Below are positions 40,579 to 50,504 of a stretch of DNA of 64,000 nucleotides, in pieces (position 1 is the first letter of the stretch; every line of letters begins with the position of its first letter). A program made the position numbers and the translations under genes. Where the stretch lies: IMG/VR virus record IMGVR_UViG_3300028412_000003, one strand, 5' to 3'. Source of the stretch: a virus. Taxonomy: Duplodnaviria > Caudoviricetes. The notes under the pieces were generated by a model. It was not told the origin of the DNA, did not search any database, and was given only the letters and a program-made list of their open reading frames with translations.

Positions 40579-41596
40579 TATTGTATTCTTTGGAGAAAGA
40601 AATAATAATTGGGATATTCTTAAAGAAAGATTTCCAACGGCAAAAAATATAACTAATTTAGAAAATATCAACAAGATAACATTCACTAAAATGTATTGGT
40701 TAGTTTATGATGATCTAATTATAAACGAAGACTTTAATTTTGATTATAAAATAGAAGAATGGGATCAAAAATATGTTCATTCTTTTCTCAATAATGGAAA
40801 TTATAATGGAATATCTTTAATACCTAAAACGAAAAATATATCAAAACGAGAAGCAGAATATAGGTTTTTCGTAGACAAGAAAGAAATTCCAATTGAAGCA
40901 TCAACTCCAAATCCATATGATGTAGTTTTTATATCATACAATGAACCTAATGCTGATAAGAATTATAAGAAATTACTTGAGATCGTTCCTTGCGCAAAAA
41001 GAGTAAACGGGATAAACGGGATACACCAAGCTCATATAGAAGCAGCAAAAATATCAGATACTAAAATGTTATGGATTGTTGATGCTGATGCTATAGTTGT
41101 AAATGAATTTAATTTCTCTTATTTGCCATCCGTTTGGGAACAAGACGCCGTTCATGTCTGGAGGTCAAAAAATCCTATTAATGGATTATCTTACGGATAT
41201 GGTGGAATAAAACTTTTTCCGAGAGATCTTACTTTGTCACTTGATATTAACACACCAGATATGACTACTAGCATAAGTGATAGATTTAGAATACACGAAG
41301 ATATTTCTAATCTAACAGAATTTAATACTGATCCTTTTAACACTTGGAAATCAGCTTTTCGTGAATGTGTAAAATTGTCATCTCGAACAATAACAAGACA
41401 AAATGAAAAAGAAACACAAGACCGTTTACAAATCTGGATGACGGTTGGTGCTGATATGCAATATGGTATATATTGTATAGACGGAGCTCGTAGTGGAAAC
41501 GAGTACGGAATAAAAAACAAGGATGATAAAAAGGCCCTTGCAATGATTAACAATTTTGATTGGTTAAAAGAAAAATTTGATGAGCAATGTAATTAA
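40571..41596 (+). CDS. GT-A-fold glycosyltransferase-like protein (family B, copy 2) with degenerate N-terminal repeat
   Basis: YDVVFISYNEPNADKNY, WIVDADA (DxD), YGYGGIKLFP, TWKSAFRECVK; paralog of 33247. The first ~115 aa repeat the start of the domain (YDIVFF...TKMYWLVYDD...WDQKYVH). Confidence 0.6.
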   Translation: MYDIVFFGERNNNWDILKERFPTAKNITNLENINKITFTKMYWLVYDDLIINEDFNFDYKIEEWDQKYVHSFLNNGNYNGISLIPKTKNISKREAEYRFFVDKKEIPIEASTPNPYDVVFISYNEPNADKNYKKLLEIVPCAKRVNGINGIHQAHIEAAKISDTKMLWIVDADAIVVNEFNFSYLPSVWEQDAVHVWRSKNPINGLSYGYGGIKLFPRDLTLSLDINTPDMTTSISDRFRIHEDISNLTEFNTDPFNTWKSAFRECVKLSSRTITRQNEKETQDRLQIWMTVGADMQYGIYCIDGARSGNEYGIKNKDDKKALAMINNFDWLKEKFDEQCN

Positions 41597-42257
41597 GATA
41601 TTAAATGGATTAGAAGAAATTTATCAAGACAATTTTATAATTCACCTAAAACGAACATTAGAAAAGAATCCAGAGGTAGAAGATGCAATGTCTGATGCAC
41701 TTAGCATTGGACAAATAAAAAGTAAAGAATGGTTGATTGATCATTTACCAAAAGAACTTGGAAAAGTTTTTATTTGTGCAGGTTGGTACGGAACTCTTGC
41801 AGCAATGATGTTCCGAGCTAACCTTAATATAACAGAGATAAGGACGTTTGATGTTGACCCAAGTTGTGCTGTCATAGCAGAAAATATGAATAGAACAGAA
41901 GTGCAACAAGAATGGAAGTTTAAAGCCAGTACATTAGACATATTAGATATGACATATCCAACAAAATATGTTACTTATAGGGCAAACGGAACTTCGGTAC
42001 TACTTGAAGAAATGCCAGACACTATTATCAATACTAGTTGTGAACATATTAAATATTTTCAAGAATGGTATGATCATATACCAACAGGAACAACATTAGT
42101 TCTTCAAAGTAACAATTACTTTGAACACAATCAACATATAAATTGTGTTCCTTGTTTAAAGGAATTTAAAAAGAGGGCACCTATGTCGGAGATATTTTAC
42201 GCAGGAGAATTATTTCTTCCAAAATATACTAGGTTTATGTTAATAGGAAAAAAGTAA
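41580..42257 (+). CDS. Class I SAM-dependent methyltransferase
   Basis: ICAGWYG (motif I-like), FDVDP (acidic motif II), DTIINTSCEH. Confidence 0.7.
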   Translation: MSNVIKILNGLEEIYQDNFIIHLKRTLEKNPEVEDAMSDALSIGQIKSKEWLIDHLPKELGKVFICAGWYGTLAAMMFRANLNITEIRTFDVDPSCAVIAENMNRTEVQQEWKFKASTLDILDMTYPTKYVTYRANGTSVLLEEMPDTIINTSCEHIKYFQEWYDHIPTGTTLVLQSNNYFEHNQHINCVPCLKEFKKRAPMSEIFYAGELFLPKYTRFMLIGKK

Positions 42258-43321
42258 TGTATCAAATACAAGACATACGAACTATTCATCTTGAAGTGAC
42301 ACAAAAATGCCAAGCAGCTTGTCCAATGTGTGATAGAAATATGCGCGGTGAAGGAATAAATCCTCACATTAATTTAGACGAACTAACACTTGAAGATTGT
42401 AAAAAGATATTTTTACCCGAATTTATTAAACAACTCAATACTATGTATATGTGTGGCAACTTAGGAGATCCAATCATAGCAAAGGATACCCTTGCAATAT
42501 TTTCGTATTTTCGAGATCATAATCCTACCATGTGGCTTAGTATGAATACAAACGGAGGCGCAAGAGATGTTCGGTGGTGGCAAGAGCTTGCTGACACAAT
42601 AGGTAAAAATGGTGCAGTTATATTTTCAGTCGATGGACTAAGAGACACTAACCATTTATATCGTCAGGGTGTAAATTGGGATTTAGTACAACGAAATATG
42701 AATGCTTATATAAATCATGGTGGCCGAGCAAGGTGGGATTTTTTAGTTTTTGAATATAATCAACATCAAGTAGAAGAAGCAAGACAGCTCTCGTTACGGT
42801 GGGGAGTAGAAAGGTTTATTGCAAAAAAGACTGCCCGATTTGTTAAATCAAATTCGGAAGCTAAAGAAGAACACCAAGCTAAAGATCACAAAGGTAATGA
42901 TACCACAAATATTAAGAAACCAGAACCTCAATACCAAAATGAAGAATTAAAGAAACAAGCATTGCTAATTGAACAATATGGATCAATGGATGCGTATTAT
43001 GAGCAGGTCCCTATAAAATGTAAGGTAAAAGACGAAGGAAGTTTGTTTATAACAGCCGAGGGATTAGTTATGCCATGTTGTTGGACTGCAGGTCGAATGT
43101 ACAAATGGTGGCATAAAGATCCTAAAGTAGAACAAATTTGGGCATTTATTGAGATGTCCGGAGGAAAAGAAGCATTAGATGCACGACAAGGGTTAGATAA
43201 AGTATTTCAAACTGGAATATTTGATCGAATTGAAAATGCTTGGAATAAGAATGATCGATTAAAAGTTTGTGCTATGAAATGTGGGATCGCCTTTGATCCC
43301 TTTACTGCTCAATTTCAATAA
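42257..43321 (+). CDS. Radical SAM protein with C-terminal SPASM/twitch domain (#5)
   Basis: CQAACPMC; CGNLGDP replaces GGEP; C-terminal KC...PCC...CAMKC. Confidence 0.9.
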   Translation: MYQIQDIRTIHLEVTQKCQAACPMCDRNMRGEGINPHINLDELTLEDCKKIFLPEFIKQLNTMYMCGNLGDPIIAKDTLAIFSYFRDHNPTMWLSMNTNGGARDVRWWQELADTIGKNGAVIFSVDGLRDTNHLYRQGVNWDLVQRNMNAYINHGGRARWDFLVFEYNQHQVEEARQLSLRWGVERFIAKKTARFVKSNSEAKEEHQAKDHKGNDTTNIKKPEPQYQNEELKKQALLIEQYGSMDAYYEQVPIKCKVKDEGSLFITAEGLVMPCCWTAGRMYKWWHKDPKVEQIWAFIEMSGGKEALDARQGLDKVFQTGIFDRIENAWNKNDRLKVCAMKCGIAFDPFTAQFQ

Positions 43322-43332
43322 GTATTAATATG
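43318..43332 (+). promoter_or_regulatory. Internal late-promoter-like element ATAAGTATTAATATG
   Basis: Exact 15-nt match to 4560-4574; sits in the largest (8-nt) gap of the enzyme cluster. Confidence 0.5.
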
Positions 43333-44718
43333 ACATTACCATCTAATACATTTTGTATCCTTCCGTGGATACACCTTTCTTCTCGACCAGACGGAAAGAT
43401 GCGAACTTGTTGTACCAGTAACGCATCATCGGTTCAAGATCCAGATTCAAATAAAAAAATAGGAGGGGGAGAAGTAGGCGTAGTTAAAACCGATGCAGGA
43501 ATACCAGCTAATTTTAATCATACTACTCTAGAAGAAGCATGGAATTCAGAATACATGAGAAACGTTCGAAAAACAATGTTGCGTGGAGAAAAACCTGCAC
43601 CATGTTTAAAGTGTTATAAAGAAGAAGAATCTGGACATCTTTCAAAGCGTAATTGGGAAACAGCATATTGGGAAAAGAGATACAGTGTAGATGAGTTAGT
43701 TAATTCTACAAATGAAGATGGATCTTTGCCAACAAAAATACGTTATATCGATTTGAGATTAGGATCTAAATGTCAATTGGCTTGTGTGATGTGTTCACCA
43801 CATGATAGCTCAGGTTGGATTAAGGAATGGCAAACTATACATCCGCAAATACAAAATGAACGATTAAAGAATACAAGTAAGTGGGAAAACAAAGGTCGTA
43901 ATAACGGAGCAAGTTACAACTGGCATAAAAATAACCCAAGGTTCTGGAATGAACTTATGGATCAAATACCACATATGTACCAATTGTATTTTGCCGGAGG
44001 CGAAAGCCTCATTATAGACGAACATTATGAGTTACTTGAAGAATGTATAAAACGTGGATATGCTAAAGATATTGAACTACGCTATAATTCAAATGCAGTA
44101 GAATGGAGAGATGACCTTTTTGATCTATGGGCAGAATTTAAACGAGTAAGATTTCATTATTCTATTGATGCATATGGAAAACAAAATGATTATATTAGAT
44201 TCCCTTCAAAATGGGAACATCAAGAAAAGATATTTTGGCAACTTGACCAAACTACTGACAATGTAGAGATAACAACTGCAACAACGGTGATGGCATTAAA
44301 CGTTGGATATTTGCCCGAATTAGTTAAATGGAAAGTTGAACAAGGATTTAAAAAAATTAATAAGTGGCCATTTGGTGCGGGATTGATTAATATGCACTTC
44401 GCATACTGGCCACCTCAACTTAATGTAAAAACATTACCAAAAGATTATAAGAATTGGGTACAAAAAAAATATGAGAATGAATTCTATCCTTGGCTTGAAG
44501 ATAACTGGCAAAAATCTACAGGTGTTGAGGATGTTTCATACGATCAATGGAAAGATGCTCCGTATGGAATAAAAAGATATAAAGGAATTATTAATTTTAT
44601 GCAAAGTGAAGATTGGAGCGAACGTGTTCCTGAATTACAAGAATGGTTAAAATTAATAGACCAAAGTAGAGGATTAGACAGTGGGGAGATCTTTCCAGAT
44701 CTACGAAAGTATATATGA
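43330..44718 (+). CDS. Radical SAM protein with N-terminal SPASM/twitch domain (#6)
   Basis: CQLACVMC, FAGGES; N-terminal CILPW...CC...CLKC. Confidence 0.9.
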   Translation: MTLPSNTFCILPWIHLSSRPDGKMRTCCTSNASSVQDPDSNKKIGGGEVGVVKTDAGIPANFNHTTLEEAWNSEYMRNVRKTMLRGEKPAPCLKCYKEEESGHLSKRNWETAYWEKRYSVDELVNSTNEDGSLPTKIRYIDLRLGSKCQLACVMCSPHDSSGWIKEWQTIHPQIQNERLKNTSKWENKGRNNGASYNWHKNNPRFWNELMDQIPHMYQLYFAGGESLIIDEHYELLEECIKRGYAKDIELRYNSNAVEWRDDLFDLWAEFKRVRFHYSIDAYGKQNDYIRFPSKWEHQEKIFWQLDQTTDNVEITTATTVMALNVGYLPELVKWKVEQGFKKINKWPFGAGLINMHFAYWPPQLNVKTLPKDYKNWVQKKYENEFYPWLEDNWQKSTGVEDVSYDQWKDAPYGIKRYKGIINFMQSEDWSERVPELQEWLKLIDQSRGLDSGEIFPDLRKYI

Positions 44719-45686
44719 CAGAATTAGTTCGAATTGAGCATATTGATAAGAAATATAAAGAATGGGTTCGTGTAGAATGGAATCTTGGTAAAAGATGTAA
44801 CTTTGATTGTAGTTATTGCCCACCTGATCTACATGACAATTCAAGCGGTCACGCAGATCTAAAAAGCTTTGACAATACTATTCAAAAAATAAGAGAATCA
44901 TATATTGATAAAAAAGTAAGAATGAGTATAACAGGTGGAGAACCATTTGTGCATCCTCGCATTCTTGAAATACTTTCTTTGTTTTCAAAATATAATATAG
45001 ATGAAGTTTCTACTATTACTAATGGTAGTTTACCATTAGTAAAATATGAAGCCTCTTTTGAACATCTTGATCATTTAATTTTTAGTTGGCATTATGAACA
45101 TTTAAAAGAAGAACATATGAGGAATGTTTTATATGGATTAAAGGATCGACCAATACATGTACATCTTATGTTTTTACCTGGACGTTTAGAAGAGATTAAA
45201 AATACGGTTAGTTGGTTAGAAGATAACGGAATTAGATATAACATAAGAAGGATCAGACCTTTATTTACACCAGTTGGTGGATTTAATCTTCCTGGCTCAA
45301 GTGGAATGGAAGGAATACATTCAAAACAATCACCTGATGGTTATTATTCTCAAGAAGAGTTAGAATATTTAGATACCTTTTCAAAAGCAGGTACAAGTCA
45401 AGATAATGCTGAATTTTTTACAACAGAATCTAGTTGGTTTGATAATGTAAACACGTTATTAAAGAATAGGCAAAATTCTTTTGTAGGATGGAAATGCATG
45501 GCAGGAATTGAAACATTGTATATAGAGAATGATGGAAATATTTTTAGGGCAACTTGCAAACAAGGTGGTCCGATTGGAAACATAAGTGAAGATTTTAAAA
45601 TTCCAAATAATCCAATTATTTGTGCTAAACAATGGTGTAATTGTGCAGCTGATCTAAACACAACAAAATGGAATAAAAATGGCTAG
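44715..45686 (+). CDS. Radical SAM protein with C-terminal Cys-rich domain (#7)
   Basis: CNFDCSYC, ITGGEP; C-terminal WKCMAG...ATC...ICAKQWCNC; paralog of 38064 and 50494. Confidence 0.9.
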   Translation: MTELVRIEHIDKKYKEWVRVEWNLGKRCNFDCSYCPPDLHDNSSGHADLKSFDNTIQKIRESYIDKKVRMSITGGEPFVHPRILEILSLFSKYNIDEVSTITNGSLPLVKYEASFEHLDHLIFSWHYEHLKEEHMRNVLYGLKDRPIHVHLMFLPGRLEEIKNTVSWLEDNGIRYNIRRIRPLFTPVGGFNLPGSSGMEGIHSKQSPDGYYSQEELEYLDTFSKAGTSQDNAEFFTTESSWFDNVNTLLKNRQNSFVGWKCMAGIETLYIENDGNIFRATCKQGGPIGNISEDFKIPNNPIICAKQWCNCAADLNTTKWNKNG

Positions 45687-46761
45687 TTTTTGCAAAGCAA
45701 TCGATCATCATGTGTCAATTAATAGTCAAGGGTTAGTTCGTCCTTGTTGTTGGTTTAAGGGCGGAACAAATAGCGACATAAGTGAAGCAAGATCTAATTT
45801 TAAAAAAGAAATTAAAAGTATTGATCATCCAGGTTGTATCAAATGTAAAAATTCTGAATTAATCGGAGTAAAAAGTCGGCGCATTTTTTATGAAGAAAGT
45901 TGGCCTGCTTCTTCGGGATTGAATTATTTAGATATAAGTTTCGCTAACACTTGCAATCTTGAATGTTTGATGTGTAATTCAAGTAATTCAAGTAAATTGT
46001 ATAAAAGAGATATAGAACTAAAGGGCAATGATTTTCCTGTTTCGGCACACAAACATGCTACGATGGATTTTAATCGCATCAAAGAATTAGCAGAAATATG
46101 TAATAGCTCAATTGGAGAATTTTTAATTGATGTAAAAGGAGGAGAACCAATGGTAACTCCAGAATTTGTATTATTTTTGTCTATGCTTGATATAGAATTT
46201 AAAAAAAGATGCACGTTAAAGATTATTACAAATGGAACTAGGATAATGAAAGAACTTCCTTCAAATTTTAAAAAGGTAAAATATCTTTTTAGCATAGAAG
46301 CATTAGGGCAATTATATCAATATATAAGAGGTGGTAAAGAATTTACATCAGATCAAATGTTTGATATTATAGAAATGATAAAAACTGAAAATATTAAAAA
46401 CTTTCAAGATGCTTCATATAATTTTAGCATAACCGTTATGTCCTACAATCTTTTTAATCTTGTAGAATTAGATAATGAGATTGCAGATAGAGGATTTTGG
46501 CCTCCTACTTATAACACCATATTAGTAAATCCAGATTTTTTAAGTTTTGGGATTTTACCACAACAGTTATCAAATATGATGATAGAAAAATTAAAAGAAG
46601 AAGATGTAAAATTCAAACCAGTTATTACTGCATTAAAGAACATGGAAAAACTTGACAATAATAAAGTTGAGATGTTTATTAGATATACTCGTATGATGGA
46701 AAAAAGAAATAAAATGCCACCAATTGAAGAAATAGTGCCAGAGTTTAGGACTATGTTATGA
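45679..46761 (+). CDS. Radical SAM protein with N-terminal SPASM/twitch domain (#8)
   Basis: CNLECLMC, VKGGEP; N-terminal FCKA...PCC...CIKC. Confidence 0.9.
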   Translation: MASFCKAIDHHVSINSQGLVRPCCWFKGGTNSDISEARSNFKKEIKSIDHPGCIKCKNSELIGVKSRRIFYEESWPASSGLNYLDISFANTCNLECLMCNSSNSSKLYKRDIELKGNDFPVSAHKHATMDFNRIKELAEICNSSIGEFLIDVKGGEPMVTPEFVLFLSMLDIEFKKRCTLKIITNGTRIMKELPSNFKKVKYLFSIEALGQLYQYIRGGKEFTSDQMFDIIEMIKTENIKNFQDASYNFSITVMSYNLFNLVELDNEIADRGFWPPTYNTILVNPDFLSFGILPQQLSNMMIEKLKEEDVKFKPVITALKNMEKLDNNKVEMFIRYTRMMEKRNKMPPIEEIVPEFRTML

Positions 46762-47936
46762 GTAATTTTTGTTCCCTGCCATTTACACATTTTAGCACAC
46801 GTCCGAATGGCGACGTTCTTCCTTGTTGTAGATATCCTGGAAAATTAGGAAATATAAAAGATAATTCATTAGAAGAAATATGGAACGGAGAACAGATGAA
46901 AGAACTCCGAAAGCAATTTCTTGCAAATGAAAGACCAGAAAAATGCTGGCCTTGTTGGCAACTTGAGGACTCAGGCGGAACAAGTATGAGACAAACTATG
47001 AATCAAAATCGAAATTATGAGTTTGAACTTTTACCGGAACAACCATTTAAGATTCCAGTCATTGAACTTAAACTTAGTAACCTTTGTAATTTTCGTTGTC
47101 GTACATGTAAACCTGATTTGAGTACTACATGGCTCAAAGATTGGCATACTGTCTCTAATATGTACTATGACAGCAATATCTCTATAAACACTGAAAAAGC
47201 TAATTTTTTCGATACAGAAGAGTTCCTCTACAACATGTTGCGCCTTGCACCTACCATAGAGATACTAGAGTTTGCGGGTGGGGAACCTTTAATGGATCCA
47301 TTGCATTATATGGTTCTTAATGCACTAAAGAGCGAAGCAAGTCATATAGAAATTAAATATTCTACTAACCTAAGCAGATTGCAGATAGGTAAATGGGACG
47401 TGTTTGATTATTGGAAAGATTATAAAAGTGTTGATGTATCTTTGTCAATGGATGGATATCCGGATCTCAATGATTACATACGATCAGAATCAAATACAAA
47501 GTCAATAGAAGAAAACTTAAAATTAGTAAGAAAAGAATTAGGTGATAAATTTAAAGGAAGGATTGCATTATGTTTTTCGGCATTTAATGCTTATTACCTA
47601 CCCGAGAGTTATTCTTATTTTGTTAGAGAATTAGATATGCCAGTTCATGGAAACATAGCATACGATCCACCGTTTATTAATCCTCAATTATTACCAATTG
47701 ACATTAAACAAAAAATTATCACTAGATACAATGTATTTAGAGAAACAATAAATGATATGAGTAAGTATCATCAAAAAAGGATTGATCGATTCTTAACAAC
47801 TAATGGAAATTATATGATGAGTGAAGACAAGTCTCATTTGTTAGATCAATTCTTAAAATATACTTCAATATTAGATAAGTCAAGAAATACTAATTTTTTG
47901 ACAATAGCAAAGGAATTTTTAAATGACATGGGATAA
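46758..47936 (+). CDS. Radical SAM protein with N-terminal SPASM/twitch domain (#9)
   Basis: CNFRCRTC, FAGGEP; N-terminal CSLPF...PCC...CWPC. Confidence 0.9.
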   Translation: MSNFCSLPFTHFSTRPNGDVLPCCRYPGKLGNIKDNSLEEIWNGEQMKELRKQFLANERPEKCWPCWQLEDSGGTSMRQTMNQNRNYEFELLPEQPFKIPVIELKLSNLCNFRCRTCKPDLSTTWLKDWHTVSNMYYDSNISINTEKANFFDTEEFLYNMLRLAPTIEILEFAGGEPLMDPLHYMVLNALKSEASHIEIKYSTNLSRLQIGKWDVFDYWKDYKSVDVSLSMDGYPDLNDYIRSESNTKSIEENLKLVRKELGDKFKGRIALCFSAFNAYYLPESYSYFVRELDMPVHGNIAYDPPFINPQLLPIDIKQKIITRYNVFRETINDMSKYHQKRIDRFLTTNGNYMMSEDKSHLLDQFLKYTSILDKSRNTNFLTIAKEFLNDMG

Positions 47937-49194
47937 ATCAAAAGCAGAACAAACATATTGTCCATTACCTTGGTTGCATTTAGCAACTAATGCAACTGGT
48001 AGATTGCGAGTATGTTGCAATAGCTTTACCGGAAACAACAAATTATTACATGATAATGGATCTTTCGTAAAAGCAACAGACATTAAACAAGTAAGTGACT
48101 TGGATAAAAACAAGACATTAATGGAATTAAGAAGACAAATGTTAAATGGTGAAAGACCAGACACTTGCAGAAGATGTTTCCATGAAGAAGATAATGGAAT
48201 TATTAGTTCTAGAATGGTTTATAATGAACAATTTGGAGAAATTGATGTTGCTCTCAAAGAGACTAAGTCTACCGGTGAAGCTCCGCATAAATTTCAATAT
48301 CTTGATCTAAGGTTAGGCAACTTGTGCAATTTAAGATGCCGGATGTGTAATCCTTATACCAGTAGCCAATTAGTTGACGAATCTGCAGAACTTGGAATAA
48401 TTTCTGCAGAAGATGTAGCATTTCTTAAGAATATGGATTGGCCAGAGTCTACTAAATTATGGGATTTATTAGAAAGTAATCTATCTACAATAGATCTAAT
48501 ATACCTAACAGGTGGAGAACCAACATTAATATTGGAACAACTCCGTCTTCTTAAAGCTTGTATAGATAGAGGTTATGCAAAGAATATCACTTTGAAATAT
48601 AATACCAATGTTACAAATATTCCAAAGAAATTCCTTGATTATTGGAAAGAATTTAAGAAGGTAAAAATTAATTGTTCAGTTGACGGATTAGATGATGTAT
48701 GTCGTTATATAAGAAATCCAAGTAACTGGAAAGCGATTGATAAAAATTTAAAGATGATTGATCAAATTGCAGGTACACATTCTAATATAGATGTTGAAAT
48801 ACACACAACGGTACAAGTTGCAAATATAACAAGGTTGATTGAAATATTTGATTATTTTTCAAAATTTAAGAATATCACTAATTTTCCTTTTTTAAACTTG
48901 CTTACTAATCCACCTTATTACAATATAAAGATTTTACCACAACACATTAAGGATGAAGTGTCTAATGAGTTATTAACTTGGTACGAAGAAAACAAAAGCA
49001 AATATGAAGGAACACATGCATCTTCTCCAAACAAGATACATAAAATACCAGGTCTAATAAGTTATATGAAAATGGATGATTGGTCTCACCATGCTAAAGA
49101 ATTTAAGAAATACACAGTATGGTTTGATAAAAGTAGAGATGAAGAGTTTGTTTCAGTTGCTCCTCGATTAAAGGATTGGTATGAATCAATATAA
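47923..49194 (+). CDS. Radical SAM protein with N-terminal SPASM/twitch domain (#10)
   Basis: CNLRCRMC, YLTGGEP; N-terminal CPLPW...CC...CRRC; close to 34172 around the core. Confidence 0.9.
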   Translation: MTWDKSKAEQTYCPLPWLHLATNATGRLRVCCNSFTGNNKLLHDNGSFVKATDIKQVSDLDKNKTLMELRRQMLNGERPDTCRRCFHEEDNGIISSRMVYNEQFGEIDVALKETKSTGEAPHKFQYLDLRLGNLCNLRCRMCNPYTSSQLVDESAELGIISAEDVAFLKNMDWPESTKLWDLLESNLSTIDLIYLTGGEPTLILEQLRLLKACIDRGYAKNITLKYNTNVTNIPKKFLDYWKEFKKVKINCSVDGLDDVCRYIRNPSNWKAIDKNLKMIDQIAGTHSNIDVEIHTTVQVANITRLIEIFDYFSKFKNITNFPFLNLLTNPPYYNIKILPQHIKDEVSNELLTWYEENKSKYEGTHASSPNKIHKIPGLISYMKMDDWSHHAKEFKKYTVWFDKSRDEEFVSVAPRLKDWYESI

Positions 49195-49375
49195 GAAACT
49201 TTGTTCTCAGCCATTTTTAAATTTAACAATAGACAAGACGGGTAAACTAAGTCCTTGTTGTCGAATTCCCTCTTTTTTGAATAGCAACATTAATGAATTT
49301 AGAGAACAAGAAAAAGAAAAGAACATAAAATTTTTAGATTATTGTCCTGAATTTAAGGAATGGTTTGATGTCTAA
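49181..49375 (+). pseudogene. 64-aa internally deleted radical SAM remnant (SPASM N-terminus fused to family C-terminus)
   Basis: LCSQPF.NL.I...G...PCCR matches the family N-terminus; KFLDYCPEFKEWF matches the C-terminus of 49368-50504 (INDYCPEFKEWF). No CxxxCxxC. It may still be translated. Confidence 0.65.
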
Positions 49376-50504
49376 GTATAATTCAAATACCCTTTGTCCT
49401 TTTCCTTTTTCTGGTTTCTGTATAGAACCATCAGGAGTAGCAAAAATGTGTTGCCGGTCAATGCCTTTAACTGATGATAATGGAAAGTTTATCAATATAA
49501 AGGATTATTCTTTTGAAGAAATAAAAAATTTAAAACAAATAAAAGAAGTTCAAGAGTCTATGTTAAAAGGAGAAAAACCCCAAGCATGTCAAAAATGTTG
49601 GAATCAGGAAGCAAAAGGGGTAAAATCTCTCAGGAACTTTATAAGAGGAAGGTCCTGGCATGGAGATTATATATACGATAAAAAAGAATTAATTTATTTA
49701 GATTTAAGACTGAGTAATAAATGTAACCTCAAATGTATTATGTGTTCTCCTGATTCAAGTGATCAAATTGGGATTGAACAAGGAATAGAAAGTGCTTATC
49801 AATCAGCAGAGGTTGCCGAAGAGGTTATTAAACATAGCCCTTATTTAAAAGAAATTTATTTTGCCGGCGGCGAACCTATGCTAGATAACGATCATTTTAA
49901 GATAATAGAACATCTAGTGAAAACTGGAGAAGCAAAGAACGTTGAATTAAAATATAGTACCAATTGTACGACAATAAGAGATAAGTGGTTTGACTTAGCC
50001 AAACACTTTAAGACGATAAAGATGCAACTTAGTATTGATTCAATCGGTTCTAGAGCATTCTATGTTCGGCATCCTAGCAAATGGGATATAATAGAAAAAA
50101 ACATTGATAGGTTGTTGTTAGAAAAACCCAAAAACACTAGACTTTCGATAGATACTGCATTGCATAATATGACGTTATTTGGAATACCAGAATTAATGTT
50201 ATGGGCGGAAAATAAAGGAATAAAACAGAACTTTATAGAAGTAACTTCTCCTAGATATCTACAGATACATATATTACCTAATATTCAAAAAGAAATAATA
50301 ATAGAGCAATTACATAATTCAAATAAAACAAAAAATTTAGTTGATAATAAATGGTTATCTCGTATAGAAGAGATGATAAAGAAAGACCCAACAGTGGAAG
50401 AGGTTCGGCAGTTTAAAGAATATATAAAATATACTGAGAATTTTCGTAATATAAAGATTAATGATTATTGTCCGGAATTTAAGGAATGGTTTAATGAGTT
50501 ATGA
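49368..50504 (+). CDS. Radical SAM protein with N-terminal SPASM/twitch domain (#11)
   Basis: CNLKCIMC, FAGGEP; N-terminal CPFPF...CC...CQKC. Confidence 0.9.
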   Translation: MSKYNSNTLCPFPFSGFCIEPSGVAKMCCRSMPLTDDNGKFINIKDYSFEEIKNLKQIKEVQESMLKGEKPQACQKCWNQEAKGVKSLRNFIRGRSWHGDYIYDKKELIYLDLRLSNKCNLKCIMCSPDSSDQIGIEQGIESAYQSAEVAEEVIKHSPYLKEIYFAGGEPMLDNDHFKIIEHLVKTGEAKNVELKYSTNCTTIRDKWFDLAKHFKTIKMQLSIDSIGSRAFYVRHPSKWDIIEKNIDRLLLEKPKNTRLSIDTALHNMTLFGIPELMLWAENKGIKQNFIEVTSPRYLQIHILPNIQKEIIIEQLHNSNKTKNLVDNKWLSRIEEMIKKDPTVEEVRQFKEYIKYTENFRNIKINDYCPEFKEWFNEL

